A DNA stretch of 64,000 nucleotides from the human T2T-CHM13v2.0 reference genome, Homo sapiens, in the NCBI RefSeq assembly GCF_009914755.1, contig NC_060934.1. One strand, given 5' to 3'. The notes below the pieces were generated by a model. The model worked only from the letters and a program-made list of their open reading frames with translations, was not told where the DNA came from and searched no databases. The stretch's first letter is position 1; the number at the start of each line of letters is the position of its first letter. The position numbers were made by a program, and so were the translations under genes. This document shows positions 1 to 15,691 of this stretch, in pieces.

Positions 1-654
1 CTCTTCCAATCTGTGGCAATTCCTCAGTATCTATCTTTTATGACTTTGACACGTTTGATGTGTAATTGTTGGTTATTTTGTAGAATGTTCCCTTATTTGA
101 GTTTGCTGGATGTTTTCTCATGTAGATAGAGGTTTTTTACTTTTGACAAGCATATTACACAAGTGTTGTTCCCTCCTCAGTGTAATGTATTTAAGTTTAT
201 GTTGTTAATATGTCTTATTACTGGTGATGCTAACCACAATCACTGGTTAAGGTGGTCTCAGTCAGTTTTCTTCACTAAAAAGTCATTATTTTCTCCTTTG
301 TAATTAATTAATACATATCTTGGGGGAGATAGTTTGTGCTGTGCAAGTATCCTATTTTTCCTCAATATTTTAATCACTAAAGTTTGCATTTAAGTAGCAG
401 TGGATCTTGACTGCAGCAGTTATTACGAAGATATTTTAGAGTAGTTTTCAAAAAATCTTTTTTTTCCATTCTACATTTAATAATTTAAATTCTTTGTTTA
501 GGATAAACTGTCCCTTCTCCCTCATTTGTTTATTTTATTATTTATTTATTTAGTAGTAAGAACTCATGATTATTTATTTTATTCTGCAGGTTATAAATCA
601 TCATTATTCAATTTGGTTATTGTTCCTTTTGTCAAATTATTTCAGCTTTGGTAA
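1..654 (-). mobile_element. Ancient L1M (L1MC/L1MD-type) 3' UTR fragment
   Basis: tgactttgacacgtttg...ttattttgtagaatgttccct...tgttttctcatg resembles the antisense L1MC/MD 3' end; heavily diverged. Confidence 0.6.
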
Positions 655-667
655 TTGGAAATTCTTT

Positions 668-862
668 TCAAAAAATTTTATTTTAGATACAGGGGGTACA
701 TATGTTACATGGATATTACATGTAGGGATTGGGCTTCAAGAGTACCTATTGCCCGAATATTGAACATTGTATCAAATAGGTAATTTTTCTACCCTCATGC
801 TTCTTTCACCTTCCACCCTTTTGGAGTCCCTAGAGTCACGTGTCTCCATCTTTATGTCCATG
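668..862 (-). mobile_element. 5'-truncated L1PB/L1PA16-type 3' end
   Basis: ttttagatacagggggtacat...ttggagtccc...tctccatctttatgtccatgt; 13-bp target-site duplication (TSD) ttggaaattcttt at 655-667 and 863-875. Confidence 0.8.
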
Positions 863-1214
863 TTGGAAATTCTTTAGTTTGGTTCCTGTGCTCTTTCGAG
901 ATACCCATTCTTTATTGTGCACTTCCTTTTTTCTGGCATCACAACATTCTCCAGGATCATTATGAATTTTTTCTGTCTGAACTCTGGAATTAACTACTCT
1001 TTCAAGGAATGCTTGTTCATTTTATTTGAAAATGTGACTTAGAAACCACTAGTGGAATTTCACTATATCTAGACCCTCTCAGAAGACAAACTTTTGCAGT
1101 CTTCTTTGTTCTTTGTGTTATATCAGCTACTCAAAATACTGTTTTTCAAAGTAACTTGGATTATATTTTTACTTCCCTACTTCCTCGAGTGTATTTACAA
1201 GAGTAAAATTGTAA

Positions 1215-1523
<309 letters not shown>

Positions 1524-1529
1524 AAAATA

Positions 1530-2310
1530 ATTATTTGTTAAAGTTTCTATTCAATTTTGGAATACAGTTTGGGTTCCTTCAATATCCAAAATGGTGTTTT
1601 TTAATTTACACACACTAAAATTCTATCTTTATGGCCTACAAATCCCTACGTTTTGACATATATACATACAGCCATAAATCCACCAAACATTTATAAGGCA
1701 GGATAGTTCTATCACTACAACAATTGTGCCTCCAGTTTGCTGTCAACACTTCCCCCCATGCAAGGTCTCTGAATAGCACTTTTCCAGAATGTCTTATAAA
1801 TGCAATCATACAAAATGTTACCTTTTGTGTTCGGTTTCTTTCATTTAGCAAGATGCGTTTACTTTTTTGTTTGTTTTTAGTTATTTAATAACTATGTAAC
1901 AGCATCTTGATTTTAATTTACATTTTTCTAATTATTTGTTGTGCTGATCTGATGTTTCTTTGTTATCCTTATACTTTCTTTGGTAATCTGCTTGTTTAGA
2001 TCTTTTGCCTAGTGTATTATTTGTTTACCTTGTTAAGTTTTCAGTGTCCTTTATATGTCCTGGATGTCAATTTTTTCAAGAAATGTGATTTTTAAATATT
2101 GTATTCCTGATTGGGACTTTCAGTTGTATGTTCTCAATAATATCTTCCACAGAACAAATGATCTCAGTATTTATAAAGCATAATGTCTTTTTGTATGGCT
2201 CAGGCTTTAGTGCCATATTTCAAAATTTATTCCCTAATTCAAGATCATAAATATTTTTCCTACATTTTCTTTTAAAAGATTTGTAGTTTAAAGTTTTAAA
2301 TTTAGGTTTC
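1530..2310 (-). mobile_element. Ancient L1ME-type fragments
   Basis: aatcatacaaaatgttaccttttgtgttcggtttctttcatttagca and downstream T-rich antisense L1-like tracts. Confidence 0.55.
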
Positions 2311-3770
2311 ATTGGGAAATAATTTTCTCTCATATTTCTACCCACCTAATCCTTCGAGCAAAGACACTAACAACCAATAAGGATAAGATAACATAAGAAT
2401 ATGGAAGATATGGTGAATAAAGTTGAAAGAGCCTAGGAATAAGCCATGTCTTTTTTGCTTCAAATCTCAAGCCTCAGAGGGGAAAGAAGATATAGGATGT
2501 AGAAAAAAATGTCTTAGTAAGAAGCAAGCAAGAAAGAATGATGGAGAAGGAAATACATATTTTACTGGAAACAATAAAGAAAAGTTTTCCTCAGTTTACA
2601 AAATGAGAAAGAAAAATCTTATGCTTGGCATAGCTGTGAAATTTCCTGGTGAAACAGCCAGGAAGTTGGCAAAACCAATGGAAAAAAGGATTGTATGACA
2701 TACTAAGAAACTTCAGGACAATGTGTGGTCCCTCAAAAATGCTCATACCTTGAGCTTGTATGATACAGAAACTCCAGAGTGCAGTGCAACCTAAAGGCAC
2801 CCACTGAATGAAAGATGGATTAAGTCACCAAGCCTTATGCTATGGAAAATATACGATTCTAAATACAAGACATAATTTTATTTTGTGGAGTTGTGGAGCC
2901 CTGGAAAGAATGCTTAAATATTCCCTCAAAATAGTAGAAATGAAGTATAAAAAGTACAGAAAAATTAATATCTGAAGTTGAATTTGTAGATTATGCATCA
3001 TACTTGCTCTGATTGCTTGATGTGCTTCATACATTGCACAATACAATGTCATACTGCCCATGTCTCCATTTCTATACCACCTCCCCAAAAGTTATCCTTC
3101 CTTGAAGAATGAACTGTGACTTACCAACTTTTTATTTAGCACCTAGAACTTTACCTGACTTATATTAGGCTCAATATAATATTAGTAGAATGAATAAATT
3201 AATGAATAATGTTTGTGAAAGTGTTTCTAAATTAAAATTCTTAATATGTTATTATGTGAGAAAAACTCTATTATCTCCTAGGTAATTACTTTTTGGTTAA
3301 TACCTTAGGCTACTCTACTTTTAGTTTCAAATGTACAAGACTAGAGATACATTTTTGAAAGTATAATATCCTTTACAGAAATACTTCCTTGGAAATAAGC
3401 TTTAATGATCAAGAAGATGTGAGATTTGATTTTTCAATAATGAAAAAAACCCACTTTTATCCTCCTCATATTTTTCCAATGCAAACTTGCTAATACACTC
3501 AATTGTTGTGAAGACCCCTTTGCCAGTTTTCCATATCCAAGAATATGGAATCTACTTTGTCCTTCTTATTGTGTAGACAATAAATTTGATGATTCTTCTT
3601 TTCATAAGCCACGTTATATATAAATTTATGATTATGAGGCTTTCTCTTTTCCTGAGAAAAACAGTGAAAATATTATTATACATCATTTTATGCAATAGAG
3701 TATGTTTAATAAATTCATGTAAATTAATCTTGACACAAATTATGAAATGAATAAAAAAGTGTCCATTATA

Positions 3771-4040
3771 GGCTGGGCTCAGTGGCTCATGCCTGTAACC
3801 CCAGCACTTTGGGAGGCTGAGGCAGGTAGGTCACCTGAGGTCAGGAGTTTGAGACCAGCCTGACCAACATGGTGAAATGCTGTCTCTACTAAAAATACAG
3901 AAATTACTTAGGCATGGTGGTGTGCGCCTATAATCCCAGCTACTGGGGAGGCTGAGGTGGGAGAATCACTTGAGCTTAGGAAGCTGAGATTGTAGTACAC
4001 CGAGATTGCGCCACTGCACTCCAGCTTGGGTGACAGAAAA
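3771..4040 (+). mobile_element. AluS (Sx/Sz-like), last ~15 nt of body missing
   Basis: ggctgggctcagtggctcatgcctgtaa...cacctgaggtcaggagtttgaga; TSD aaaaaagtgtccattata at 3753-3770 and 4041-4058. Confidence 0.93.
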
Positions 4041-5381
4041 AAAAAAGTGTCCATTATAGAGAAAAAAGTCTGAAATGTTTATAAAATTCACAATTGAAAA
4101 AATAAGATATGCTGTTTTATATTTTTAAATATTATCAAAATAAGATAAAATAAAGCCTAAAGCAATAAACTACCCAATAATATATGAATACATATTTTAA
4201 TAATACTGAAGTAGAAAATAATTTCAAAATATGACATATTTTAAGATAGAAGCAAGTTTGAATATTTACACATTTAAAATTGCCATTAAAACAAAAAAAT
4301 ATTAAATAAAAATAGCATGTCAAAAATTCCATAAAAATTGAAGTATTTATAAAATTATAGACACTAAAAGACATATTCTTTCTTTTCTAGCATTTCGCCT
4401 GTATTTGCTTACCTAGATATCACTAACAAATTCACATGAGGGCTGGGGACTCTTGCTTATTTCTCTGTTTAGCCTATTATCTTTATTGTGATTGGAAAAC
4501 AATGTTTATATAAGAATCTTTTTGTATAAATTGTATCTATAAGGAAAAGTGTTTTATAATTACTGAGGGCTTATTAAATGTTAGCCAATGAAGCAGGTGG
4601 CTTATATTAATTTATGTAAGCTTCTTCATATGCTTTCCAAGTATAGAGCTACCATTTAGCAAAATAATTTGATAAGTGCTTTAGAAGTAACAGTCATAAT
4701 TGGGACCAAATTTCTGCATAAAAGTTAAATGGACAAATTTAACCAACTGGGAAAACAGAGTTAAATAGGCTAAATAATGTGTGCAAGGTCACATAAGTTA
4801 GTGATTAGAATGCTTAAGTTTCCTTTTAGAGTACAAGTTCTTGGTATTAAGGCAAACTTTGGACAAAAAAATGAGTGTTTATTGGTGGTCCCCAATACTC
4901 ACTTCACTGAACAGACAATATTACTCTCCAAGAATATTATCCACAGTGATCCTGAGAACTCGAGTCAAATTCCCAAATCCACAACTTCTTTTAGTCAAAA
5001 TCTTTCCTATAATTTCTGAATCCAGCTGGCTTAACTAAGCAGTCAGGCTTCATTCAGAAATCAGGCTTCTGCTGATTTGTCCTACTCCTTGTTATCAGCT
5101 CCTGTTGATCCAGCTCGAGAGCCTGATGGTAACTTTTAAAATAAGATAACCTTGCCTTTCATAATTTGAGAACTGGCAACTGAACTGAAGATTTGGAGAA
5201 GGTGATACAATTTATGCCCTGAACCACACAGCTTTCTGACAGCTCATTGGCTCTGTATTTTCCTTGCTCCAGTACAAATCTCTCCCGACCAGTTACTGCC
5301 ACACCAAGTCCCCTAAAATGCATTACGTACAATACCAAAATTATTCTAGAGACTTCTCTGCACCTCCTTTGAAGCCTGATA

Positions 5382-6901
<1,520 letters not shown>

Positions 6902-7039
6902 GTTGTATTCTCTGGGTTCTAACATATTCTCCCTTAAGCATGGGAACAGATGTGGAACCTGGACACTGTAATGAACTTTTCTTGTTTGTTGTTTTCTTAC
7001 TCATCAATCACACCCAATTGTGTTACTACAGTACCTTGC

Positions 7040-7475
7040 TCTCCTTTCCCAGACACTATCCTTCTCTTACTTTAAGCGGTTCAGGTAAAGCACTCTACTT
7101 CTGTGATTGGTTCAAGCATTGGATGCATACTTAACCCAGTTCAGACTGGCCAGGGACAATAAGAACAGTGATAATAATTTTGAACTCTACAGGAAGCATG
7201 GTGACTCTTTTCTGGAGGACTTGATCCTAGAAGGGTATACCTCTGAAATTTTTTCTGTTCTCTGAAAATTATTTGTGCAGGGATAACTGAGAAGGGAGCC
7301 AGGATAGCACACAACAGACATAAGAGAGAAAAAAGTATGTTCTAGAACATTGTTTACACCTTTATCAAGATATATCTGAGGCTACTTCTTCCTGGGCTTT
7401 TCAGTTAAATGAGACAGTGAATTCACTATTAGCATAAGCCAATTTTAGTTGGACTTTTTGTTAATTGCTCAGAAA
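7040..7475 (+). mobile_element. Old ERVL-class solo LTR (LTR16/LTR33-like)
   Basis: gtgattggttcaagcattggatgcat...aacccag and 3' end cttttcagttaaatgagacagtgaattc...taagccaattttagttggacttttg. Confidence 0.5.
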
Positions 7476-9799
7476 CATATAAAACTAGAGATGATGGCAT
7501 GAAGTACTAGCCTGAAACTATTCTATGTAAGCAAAATAGGATTTCATATGCATTTTCGGCTCTTGGATTTTCTAAAAATATTACCAAATATGTTCACATT
7601 TTATGCATAAAATATGCATTTTCCTGTTTACTTTCTGATCCAATTGAATATTACATGATGAACAGTTAGATGATGAAATATTAAGTTATAAGTTATTTTG
7701 AATTATTTCTTAATTTTGTTCTATATTTAATTATATAGATAATGTAAATTAAACTGCAAGTGATTGAAAGTATAATGCGTTGCATGGCAATCTGCTAAAA
7801 AGTGACAGAATATGCTGAGCTAAATGCTTAATATGCTGATTTTTCACAAAGCCACCATTATCTGTACTGAATTACTTTCTCATTTTCCCAACTGTGCAGA
7901 TAAATCTTCACTGACTCTTTTATTTCTCCATCCTCTCTTATGTAGTCTCCTGAAAGCAGGCACATGGAATGGTGAGGCCATTGAACAGTTCGAAGTGTAT
8001 TCAATCATGGCCTGCTCTAATATTTGAAATAGCAGATGGGTATATTGAAGTAACAGTCAAACAAAAACAAATAATAAATATTGCCAATGACCTTGAAATG
8101 TCCCCAAACCGATTCTGTATTTGGATATCCTAACAGGATAAGCAGTCAGAAGAGGTGTAACATTATATATACCAATCTGGAGTACAATTTTCACAATGGT
8201 TTTCTACTGAGCTTGAATTACCCCTTCAGTTTTGCCTTTGCTACTATCTATTGACGTTAAGTCATCTCTTCCTATTCTGAAATGCAGGACTAATACATTC
8301 AGATTTTCAACTCGATTATATCTGTAGGCTCTTTACCTGCCCAAAACAGAAATTTGGCAAAGATTCTGTGGACACCAGGTCACTTAGGAAAGTTGCTGTT
8401 TATGTATAAACATTTTTCCCCCCTAGGGAATTTCTTGATGCCCGCAATGAGTTGCTAATCTCCTGTAATATGTCCTCTTAACTTATTTCTAGTTTTCTTA
8501 AGATTTCCTATGGAGCTTTCTGTACCAGCTTCAGGTTTAGATTATTTATGGAAAAAGTGAAAAAAAAGTGATGTATTCAGATAATTGAAATACTATTTTC
8601 ATTAAAAGCTGATTCAAATGAATTATTTTTTAAAGTGCTTTCTAAAACCTGTAAGAATGAATATATATGTACATAAATACCATGGTATATGTATAATGCT
8701 TATATATATTTGACAAATAAAGTAGCTTGATCTTTTAATATAAATAAATTGAGTACAAGCTTATTAAAAATTATTAACTTATTTTTTTCCAAATATATCT
8801 TCCAAATTCACAATGGGCTGTACATTTCCTTTTAGACTTGTTTTGGAGTTTTATGCAGAAACAAAAATCTAATATCATAATGACAAAACCTAATGTGGCA
8901 GAATATATTAATAGAATCTGTTAATTATTCATGACTATTTTATTGGTAAAGAGGTAGTGGTATTTCTCAATTGTTACTCCCTTTGGCCACAAGCTTTGAA
9001 CTACTATTGTGAAAAAAATGGTTATAAGATATCAAGAACAAAAACCAGATTCTTAAAAGAGGTTTAATACATTAGGGGTTAATAAAATACTACTTTAGAC
9101 TCTAGCGTTGTGTCGGCTACTTAGCTGGAAGGCTTTAAATTATTAATGGCCAATCTACTCCTGTAAAAAATTTTTTGGAAGAGATGACCTCCAGTTCTGA
9201 ATACAGCAAAACTTAATGAACACACATTCAATAGACAGAACTCTGGGTCTAAAGTATGCCAAGCTCAGCTTAATAAAGAAATCTGATTTCAGGGCATTAA
9301 ATATAAAGTTTATTCACGGCTGTGTAATGAATGCTTTGTAAAAACCATTTTTACATATGTGGCATTTCATTTACCAGAATGAGAGAAGTGGGTTCTCCAT
9401 GGGAAGTGAAAGGGGGATACTTTATTTTACATGTACTTTTCTGATCTTTCAGTTTTGAATCTGAAATACTATTTTTCTTCATTACATGTTGCTGCCTTAA
9501 GTGAAGAGAAAGATGTTGAAATAAAATGGAGAGGGGCATATTTGTCAGCTCCACAAGGATCTCATATGAGCATAAGAATTATATATTGAGCAGTTTTTAA
9601 AAGTAAATTTAAAAGAAGTACTATAATGATATGTAAGTACTTATAGATCATAATTAAATGATTATATTACATTTATATGTAAGGATGCCATAGATAAACA
9701 AACAAAAATGACAAATGAGTACATTATACACACATACACACATGAACATATAACTCACTTGAAGGTCAATCCCCAACCCCAGCTAACATCTGAAAATTT

Positions 9800-10775
9800 A
9801 ATGTTTTTCTGTGTTTTAATTATTTGATGCATACAAAATAATATATGTAAAATATACTTGAAGTATACATAAGTACTAACATAATCTCCAATACACCTAC
9901 AATTCAGATTAAGAAATAGAACATTAAATTCTTCATATTTCTCCCTTTAAAATCGCTTTTTTTCCTATATCCCCAGTAGATATTGATGACTATAAAATTT
10001 TGTTTATTTTTTTTGGTATGTGTGTGGTTTTAGTATATATATATCCCTAAACACAATGTGTTGTACAGTTTGTATTTTTATTACTTACTTGCATTTAAAA
10101 TCTAATGCATGCATAAACATGCATTTGTATATTTAATTAGGCATGCTTTTATTATTCTTTTTACAATCAATATTATGTTTCTAAGAGGTACTAATAGGAG
10201 ATGCAGCTACTATTCTTTCATTTTCACTGCCGTAAACCATTCGGGTTAGAGAATATAACACAGAAAATTAATCTATTTTTATTGGATTATTTTCTCTTTG
10301 TACAATCATTAACACTATTCTTATTAGCATTGTTGCATAGCTATCCAGAAAGATTTTCTGGGTCTTTGGGTGCATACATGTTAAACTTTGATAATACCAA
10401 ATATTTCCAAAATATGTTTGTAAATTTATACTCCTATTAGCCCTGTATGAGAAAAAAATGATTCTTTTGGTAATCCCCGTAATCACTGGTGTTGTCAGAT
10501 TTTTACATTCTGCCATTTTATTAATTGGGAATACTATATTAATTTGCATTTCCCTGATTTTGTGAGGCTGATCTTCCATGCTTCTGGACTAGTTGCATTT
10601 CCATCTCTGTGAAAAGTCTGTTTATACTTTGTCTATTTTTCTAAGTGTGTCTTTTTTCATGTATTTGTAAAAATTGTTTTTTATATACTAATGCACTGTC
10701 CATTTTATAAACTGCAAAAATCTTCTCCAAGTTTATACTTGTATTTTTTATTTTTATTTATAATGTCATTTGATC
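9800..10775 (-). mobile_element. Ancient L1ME-type 3' region
   Basis: Antisense L1 motifs, e.g. ggtgttgtcagatttttacattctgcc and ttaatttgcatttccctgatt. Confidence 0.6.
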
Positions 10776-10861
10776 CTCCTTAGCCCCAGGTCTCACAGGG
10801 CTCCTGGTAGGACTAGAGATTGTAAGCACTTCTCACTGATGCTATTAAACTCTGGAGTAAA

Positions 10862-10974
10862 GGCCAAGTGCAGTGGACCACACCTATAATCCCAGTTACT
10901 TGGAAGGCCAAGGCAGAACTGCTTGGGGCCAGGAGTTAGAGACCAGCCTGGACAACATAGTGAGACTTCATCTA

Positions 10975-11017
<43 letters not shown>

Positions 11018-11176
11018 AATTTGCCAGGTGTGGTGGCGTGTCCCTATAGTCCCAGCTACGCAAGAGGCTGAGTTGGAAGAGATCACATGAGCCCAAGAAT
11101 TCCAGCCTGCAGTGAGCTATGCAACCTGTGTGGCAAAGTGAGACCCTGTCTCTAAAAACAAACAACAACAACAAAA
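10862..11176 (+). mobile_element. AluJ with (TAAA)n expansion in the middle A-rich linker
   Basis: J-type gcttggggccaggagttagagaccagcctggacaacatag and gtgagctatg; (TAAA)n at ~10975-11018. Confidence 0.88.
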
Positions 11177-11514
11177 CCGTGCAGTAAAAACAGCAACTGT
11201 AGGGGACAAGAAATAGGAAATAGTCTAATGCATAACTACCTTCCAATGTCCTATTCCCACTTTTATTGGCTGCAACCAATGGGGTAATGGAGGGCAAGAG
11301 AAACTAAGTAATGACATTCAGAGGGATTAAGGCCCTGACAGAGAAGAGAAAATGAATCTGGAGTGAAATACAAGCTGTGCTCCAAGAAGAAATAGCTTAT
11401 AGGCCAACCAGTTGTATGACTAGACAAGAAGTGGCAGAACATGAGTAAATGTGGGTTTTTAGGGTGATAGGGCAGAGGAAACAAAATATAAGGATGTTAA
11501 AAAGAGAAGTCATT

Positions 11515-11812
11515 GGCCCGGGTGCAGTGGCTCACGCCTGTAATCCCAGCACTTTGGGAGGCCGAGACGGGTGGATTACAAGGTCAGGAGATTGAGACCA
11601 TCCTGGCTAACACGGTGAAACCCCGTCTCTACTAAAAAAGAAATACAAAAAATTAGCTGGGCATGGGGCGGGCGCCTGTAATCCCAGCTACTTGGGAGGC
11701 TGAGGCAGGAGAATGGCATGAACCAGGGAGGCGGAGCTTGCAGTGAGCCGCATCGCACCACTGCACTCCAGCCTGGGCGACAGAGCGAGACTCCATCTCA
11801 AAAAAAAAAAAA
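11515..11812 (+). mobile_element. AluY
   Basis: gagaccatcctggctaacacggtgaaacc, gagaatggcatgaacc, gcggagcttgcag; TSD aagtcatt at 11507-11514 and 11813-11820. Confidence 0.95.
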
Positions 11813-12640
11813 AAGTCATTGATAGAGAAAGGCGCACTTGTAACAAAGGATTCAATATTATGTCAGATAACTTGGAGTTGGTCCTGTTAGTTTTCTGAGA
11901 TCTCCCCTGGAAACTTAGACACGAAAATAACCTACAGAAAATTAGATGAGGTGTTAGAAATTTATCAAATTGATATTTAGGGAAGACATTAGGAAATGTA
12001 GATATGTGTCTAAACTGGAACAGATTTACTACATAAGTGGAGGTATCCAGCATCTATGTTCCCTATCACTGGTGAGAGAAGGGCCCTTCTTAAACAGAGG
12101 TGATGAGGAATTCATGAAAGGGAAGCACTGGTATGTCTGAAAAGCTCTGTGGTGAATATATGATGCAGAACAGGATTGATGGTCATCAGTGATGATTATG
12201 TGATTCTGGAATGACAGACGCCAAGTGGCAGCGTTTTCATGAGAACAAAGATGGACGTAATTTTGGTACTGGGCAGATAAATTAACATGGCCACCAGGAA
12301 ACCTTGACACATAAGAGGTTGTGGTCTCCATCATATGCTTCATTCAATTTACCTGGCCAGCCTTTTCAAAAATAATGTTGAGATCACAATCGACTACTAT
12401 AAGCAAAACAGGGTATTTGCCCTAATCACAGATAGTCTGTCAGGTCTTTTATTTTTAGAAGTACCACAGCCTCTTGAACTTAGTAAGTAGCTGTTGATTT
12501 TACAAAGCCTTATTCTCAGTAGTCATCAGTAGAGCAGGCCTTAAGGAATTGACCTTACCTGGCAAAGACAGCAGTGTACTTTCACTCTCTTGCCTCTAAG
12601 CTTTGTTAACTTTCCTGCTCTCTGTCATAATGTGTTCCGC

Positions 12641-12770
12641 TGCATCTACATTTTGATGTGCATATAAACTCTCTGGAGATCTTGTTAATATTAGGATTCT
12701 AATTCAGGAGTTCTGGGTTGGGATCTGAGATTTTAAATTTCTAGCAGGCCTCTCTGATGATAGAAACATT
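12641..12770. mobile_element. MER5-like hAT-Charlie MITE inside the ERVL RT region
   Basis: ctggagatcttgttaatattaggattctaattcaggagttctgggttgggatctgagattttaaatttctagcagg. Confidence 0.65.
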
Positions 12771-13872
12771 ACTTAACAAAGATAAAGGCACAGATTGTGA
12801 TCATCTTGACAAGTGGGAGACTGTCATTCTGGTCCTCTAGACTGGTGATTTCATGCAAAAACCTTTAAGTAACCTAGACGTGATAATAAGACAACTGCAT
12901 GCCAGAAGGTGAAAAATAAATCTTATAAAAATTTAGTGTCCTATCAAGACAAATTGTTTAGGTTTCAGCAGTTCCAAGCATTATATAGTCTTGCGTAAGG
13001 CAAGAGTAAAAATGGTATTGCATCTCACATTTTAAAAACTTTCACAGCATTTTGTGGTCCTCTTGGATGTTAGAGGTTCATACAATGATCATAGGAAGAC
13101 TATGATCACACATTTACTAGGCGACTTGGAAGGCTGCCAGCTTCATGTGGCCTAGGACAAGACAGGGCAGTATAACCATGCAGCCTCCAGGGCAAGATTT
13201 TTGCGTCTTAGACAATATGACCCACCATGGTTTCAGAAGTGTCTTAGGTAGATAAATATGATTTGTGGGTATCTATGGTCTGCCTCATTAAGAGAGTCAC
13301 AGCATAGACCCATACATTTTTGGAGCAAAGTCTGTGTTATAAAACTACTTTCTTTTAGAAAAAGAGTTCCAGAAACAAAATTGAGATTCTGACTACGGGT
13401 ACTAAATGTCTATGTGATATGATCTTGTCATTATGAGCAGAGTGTTAATAAAGTGCACTGAATCTAACAGCCACACAGGCACGGCAGCAATCCATTTTAG
13501 ATTGGAAGTGGCACATTAAGGATTACATTTAACGTGGCTAAAAGTCCCAAGAAAAATATATAAACAAATCACCCATTTCTGTAACTCTGATGTTTCTTTC
13601 TCAAAACATAACTAGACTCGTCATGATTCCCTTTAACATCAGAGGAATAAAGGACTCAGTTCTTGTCCATGGATTGTGCATTGTGACATGATGCTGCAAC
13701 TAGGAATGGACTGTCATAGGATTAGATATGCACCCATGGATAGGCCTGAAGGACAGTGGTGAAAGAAAATCTTCACATTGTTTTGCACAGCATACTTGGT
13801 CTACTTTGCATGAAGAGAAAAATATCATGAAATATGAATTTACTCTGATTTTTTTGCAGTAAGGGGCAGAAT

Positions 13873-14465
13873 TGTTAATTACCAATCCCAAGAGAAGACT
13901 CCACTGCATGGAGGATAGCAAAGATCATCACCATACTAACCTTGGGCTATAGCTTTATCAGTTGCCTGAGTTTGATGAGACAGAATACACTCACATGTGA
14001 CAAATTATAAGAAGTGTTTCTTACTTACCCATAAGCAGAAAGGGGCAAAAGAAGCCTCAGGTCCATTGTGAACTGGTCCAAGGCTCAAGAAAGCTGCTCA
14101 GAATGGATGAATTTTTGATTGCACATGCCCCACTTGCACCACAGCTAAGGGACCCTGAAAGGCAATCCATCAGGGTCATATAGTTTAGCAGCAACATGAC
14201 TCACTGGAAAAAGCTTTGAAGGATATTCTGCTTCCAGTGGGGTAGAAACAAAACCCAGACTGTCCTCAGGCTGCTCCTCCCTATCTCAAGATATTATATT
14301 TATTCTCTAAGAGGGGTAGGAACAAGACCTGGTTGCTTCAGGCAGTTCCTCCCTATCTCAAGATACTGCATTCCCACCACCTTCTACAGTTATTCTGAAA
14401 GCTAAATGTAGGAATGAAGCACAGAAGACCCGGGTCGTTTCAAGGTCACCTAAAGGTCCTCCACA
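13873..14465 (-). mobile_element. Solo LTR (MER54/LTR53/LTR47-like ERVL) nested antisense in the ERVL body
   Basis: TG...CA ends (tgttaa...cctccaca); minus strand reads tgtggaggac...gaataactgtagaaggtggtgggaatgcagtatcttgagatagggagg; internal duplicated ctccctatctcaagata. Confidence 0.65.
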
Positions 14466-14724
14466 AAGTAGCAAATTTTTAAGGGTCTGCAAGAAACAAG
14501 ATTGGCACTTCAGGGGCAAGGAGAGCCCAGGAAGCAGTGTGTGGATTTATTTATGGGAGTGGGTAAAAGCGTGTGAATCTTTGTTTCTTACATTAATGAA
14601 AATCAAAAAAACATCAACTTAAACAGAGGCACTCAACAATGATATAGACAGGTTAACTTCACATGTGTGCTTTGACCAGCTTTTCTTCTTCCACTACTTC
14701 AGTATGGGAGCAGTGGGGTCATAA

Positions 14725-15013
<289 letters not shown>

Positions 15014-15353
15014 GGGGTGATCTAGCTATTTTCACCATGGAATACCCAACCTGCCAAGGGCAGAGACTGATGTTTATCCTTAAATGGGCAACATTTTTCT
15101 GGTTGAAGTTAACTATTCAGTGGCAGATCAATTAAATTGAACCCCTTTGATCCTGTAGGTGTAACAACTCATCTTTAAGATAATTCATGTACATCCATGC
15201 ATGCTACTGTCTTCCTTGCTTTCAGTACCTGCACCACCACCTAAAGGCAGTTTACAGAATGTTCCATCTGTTGAAATAGTATCACATAATATAGCCTTGG
15301 TTCAAAGGACAGACATATCTTCTGACAAGGGAGTTATAGCAACAAGTTCATGA

Positions 15354-15691
<338 letters not shown>

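Noticed and set aside
2423-2698. Lysine-rich 91-aa ORF
   Set aside because: A-rich composition explains it; no recognisable domain or splice context, and possibly an old repeat.
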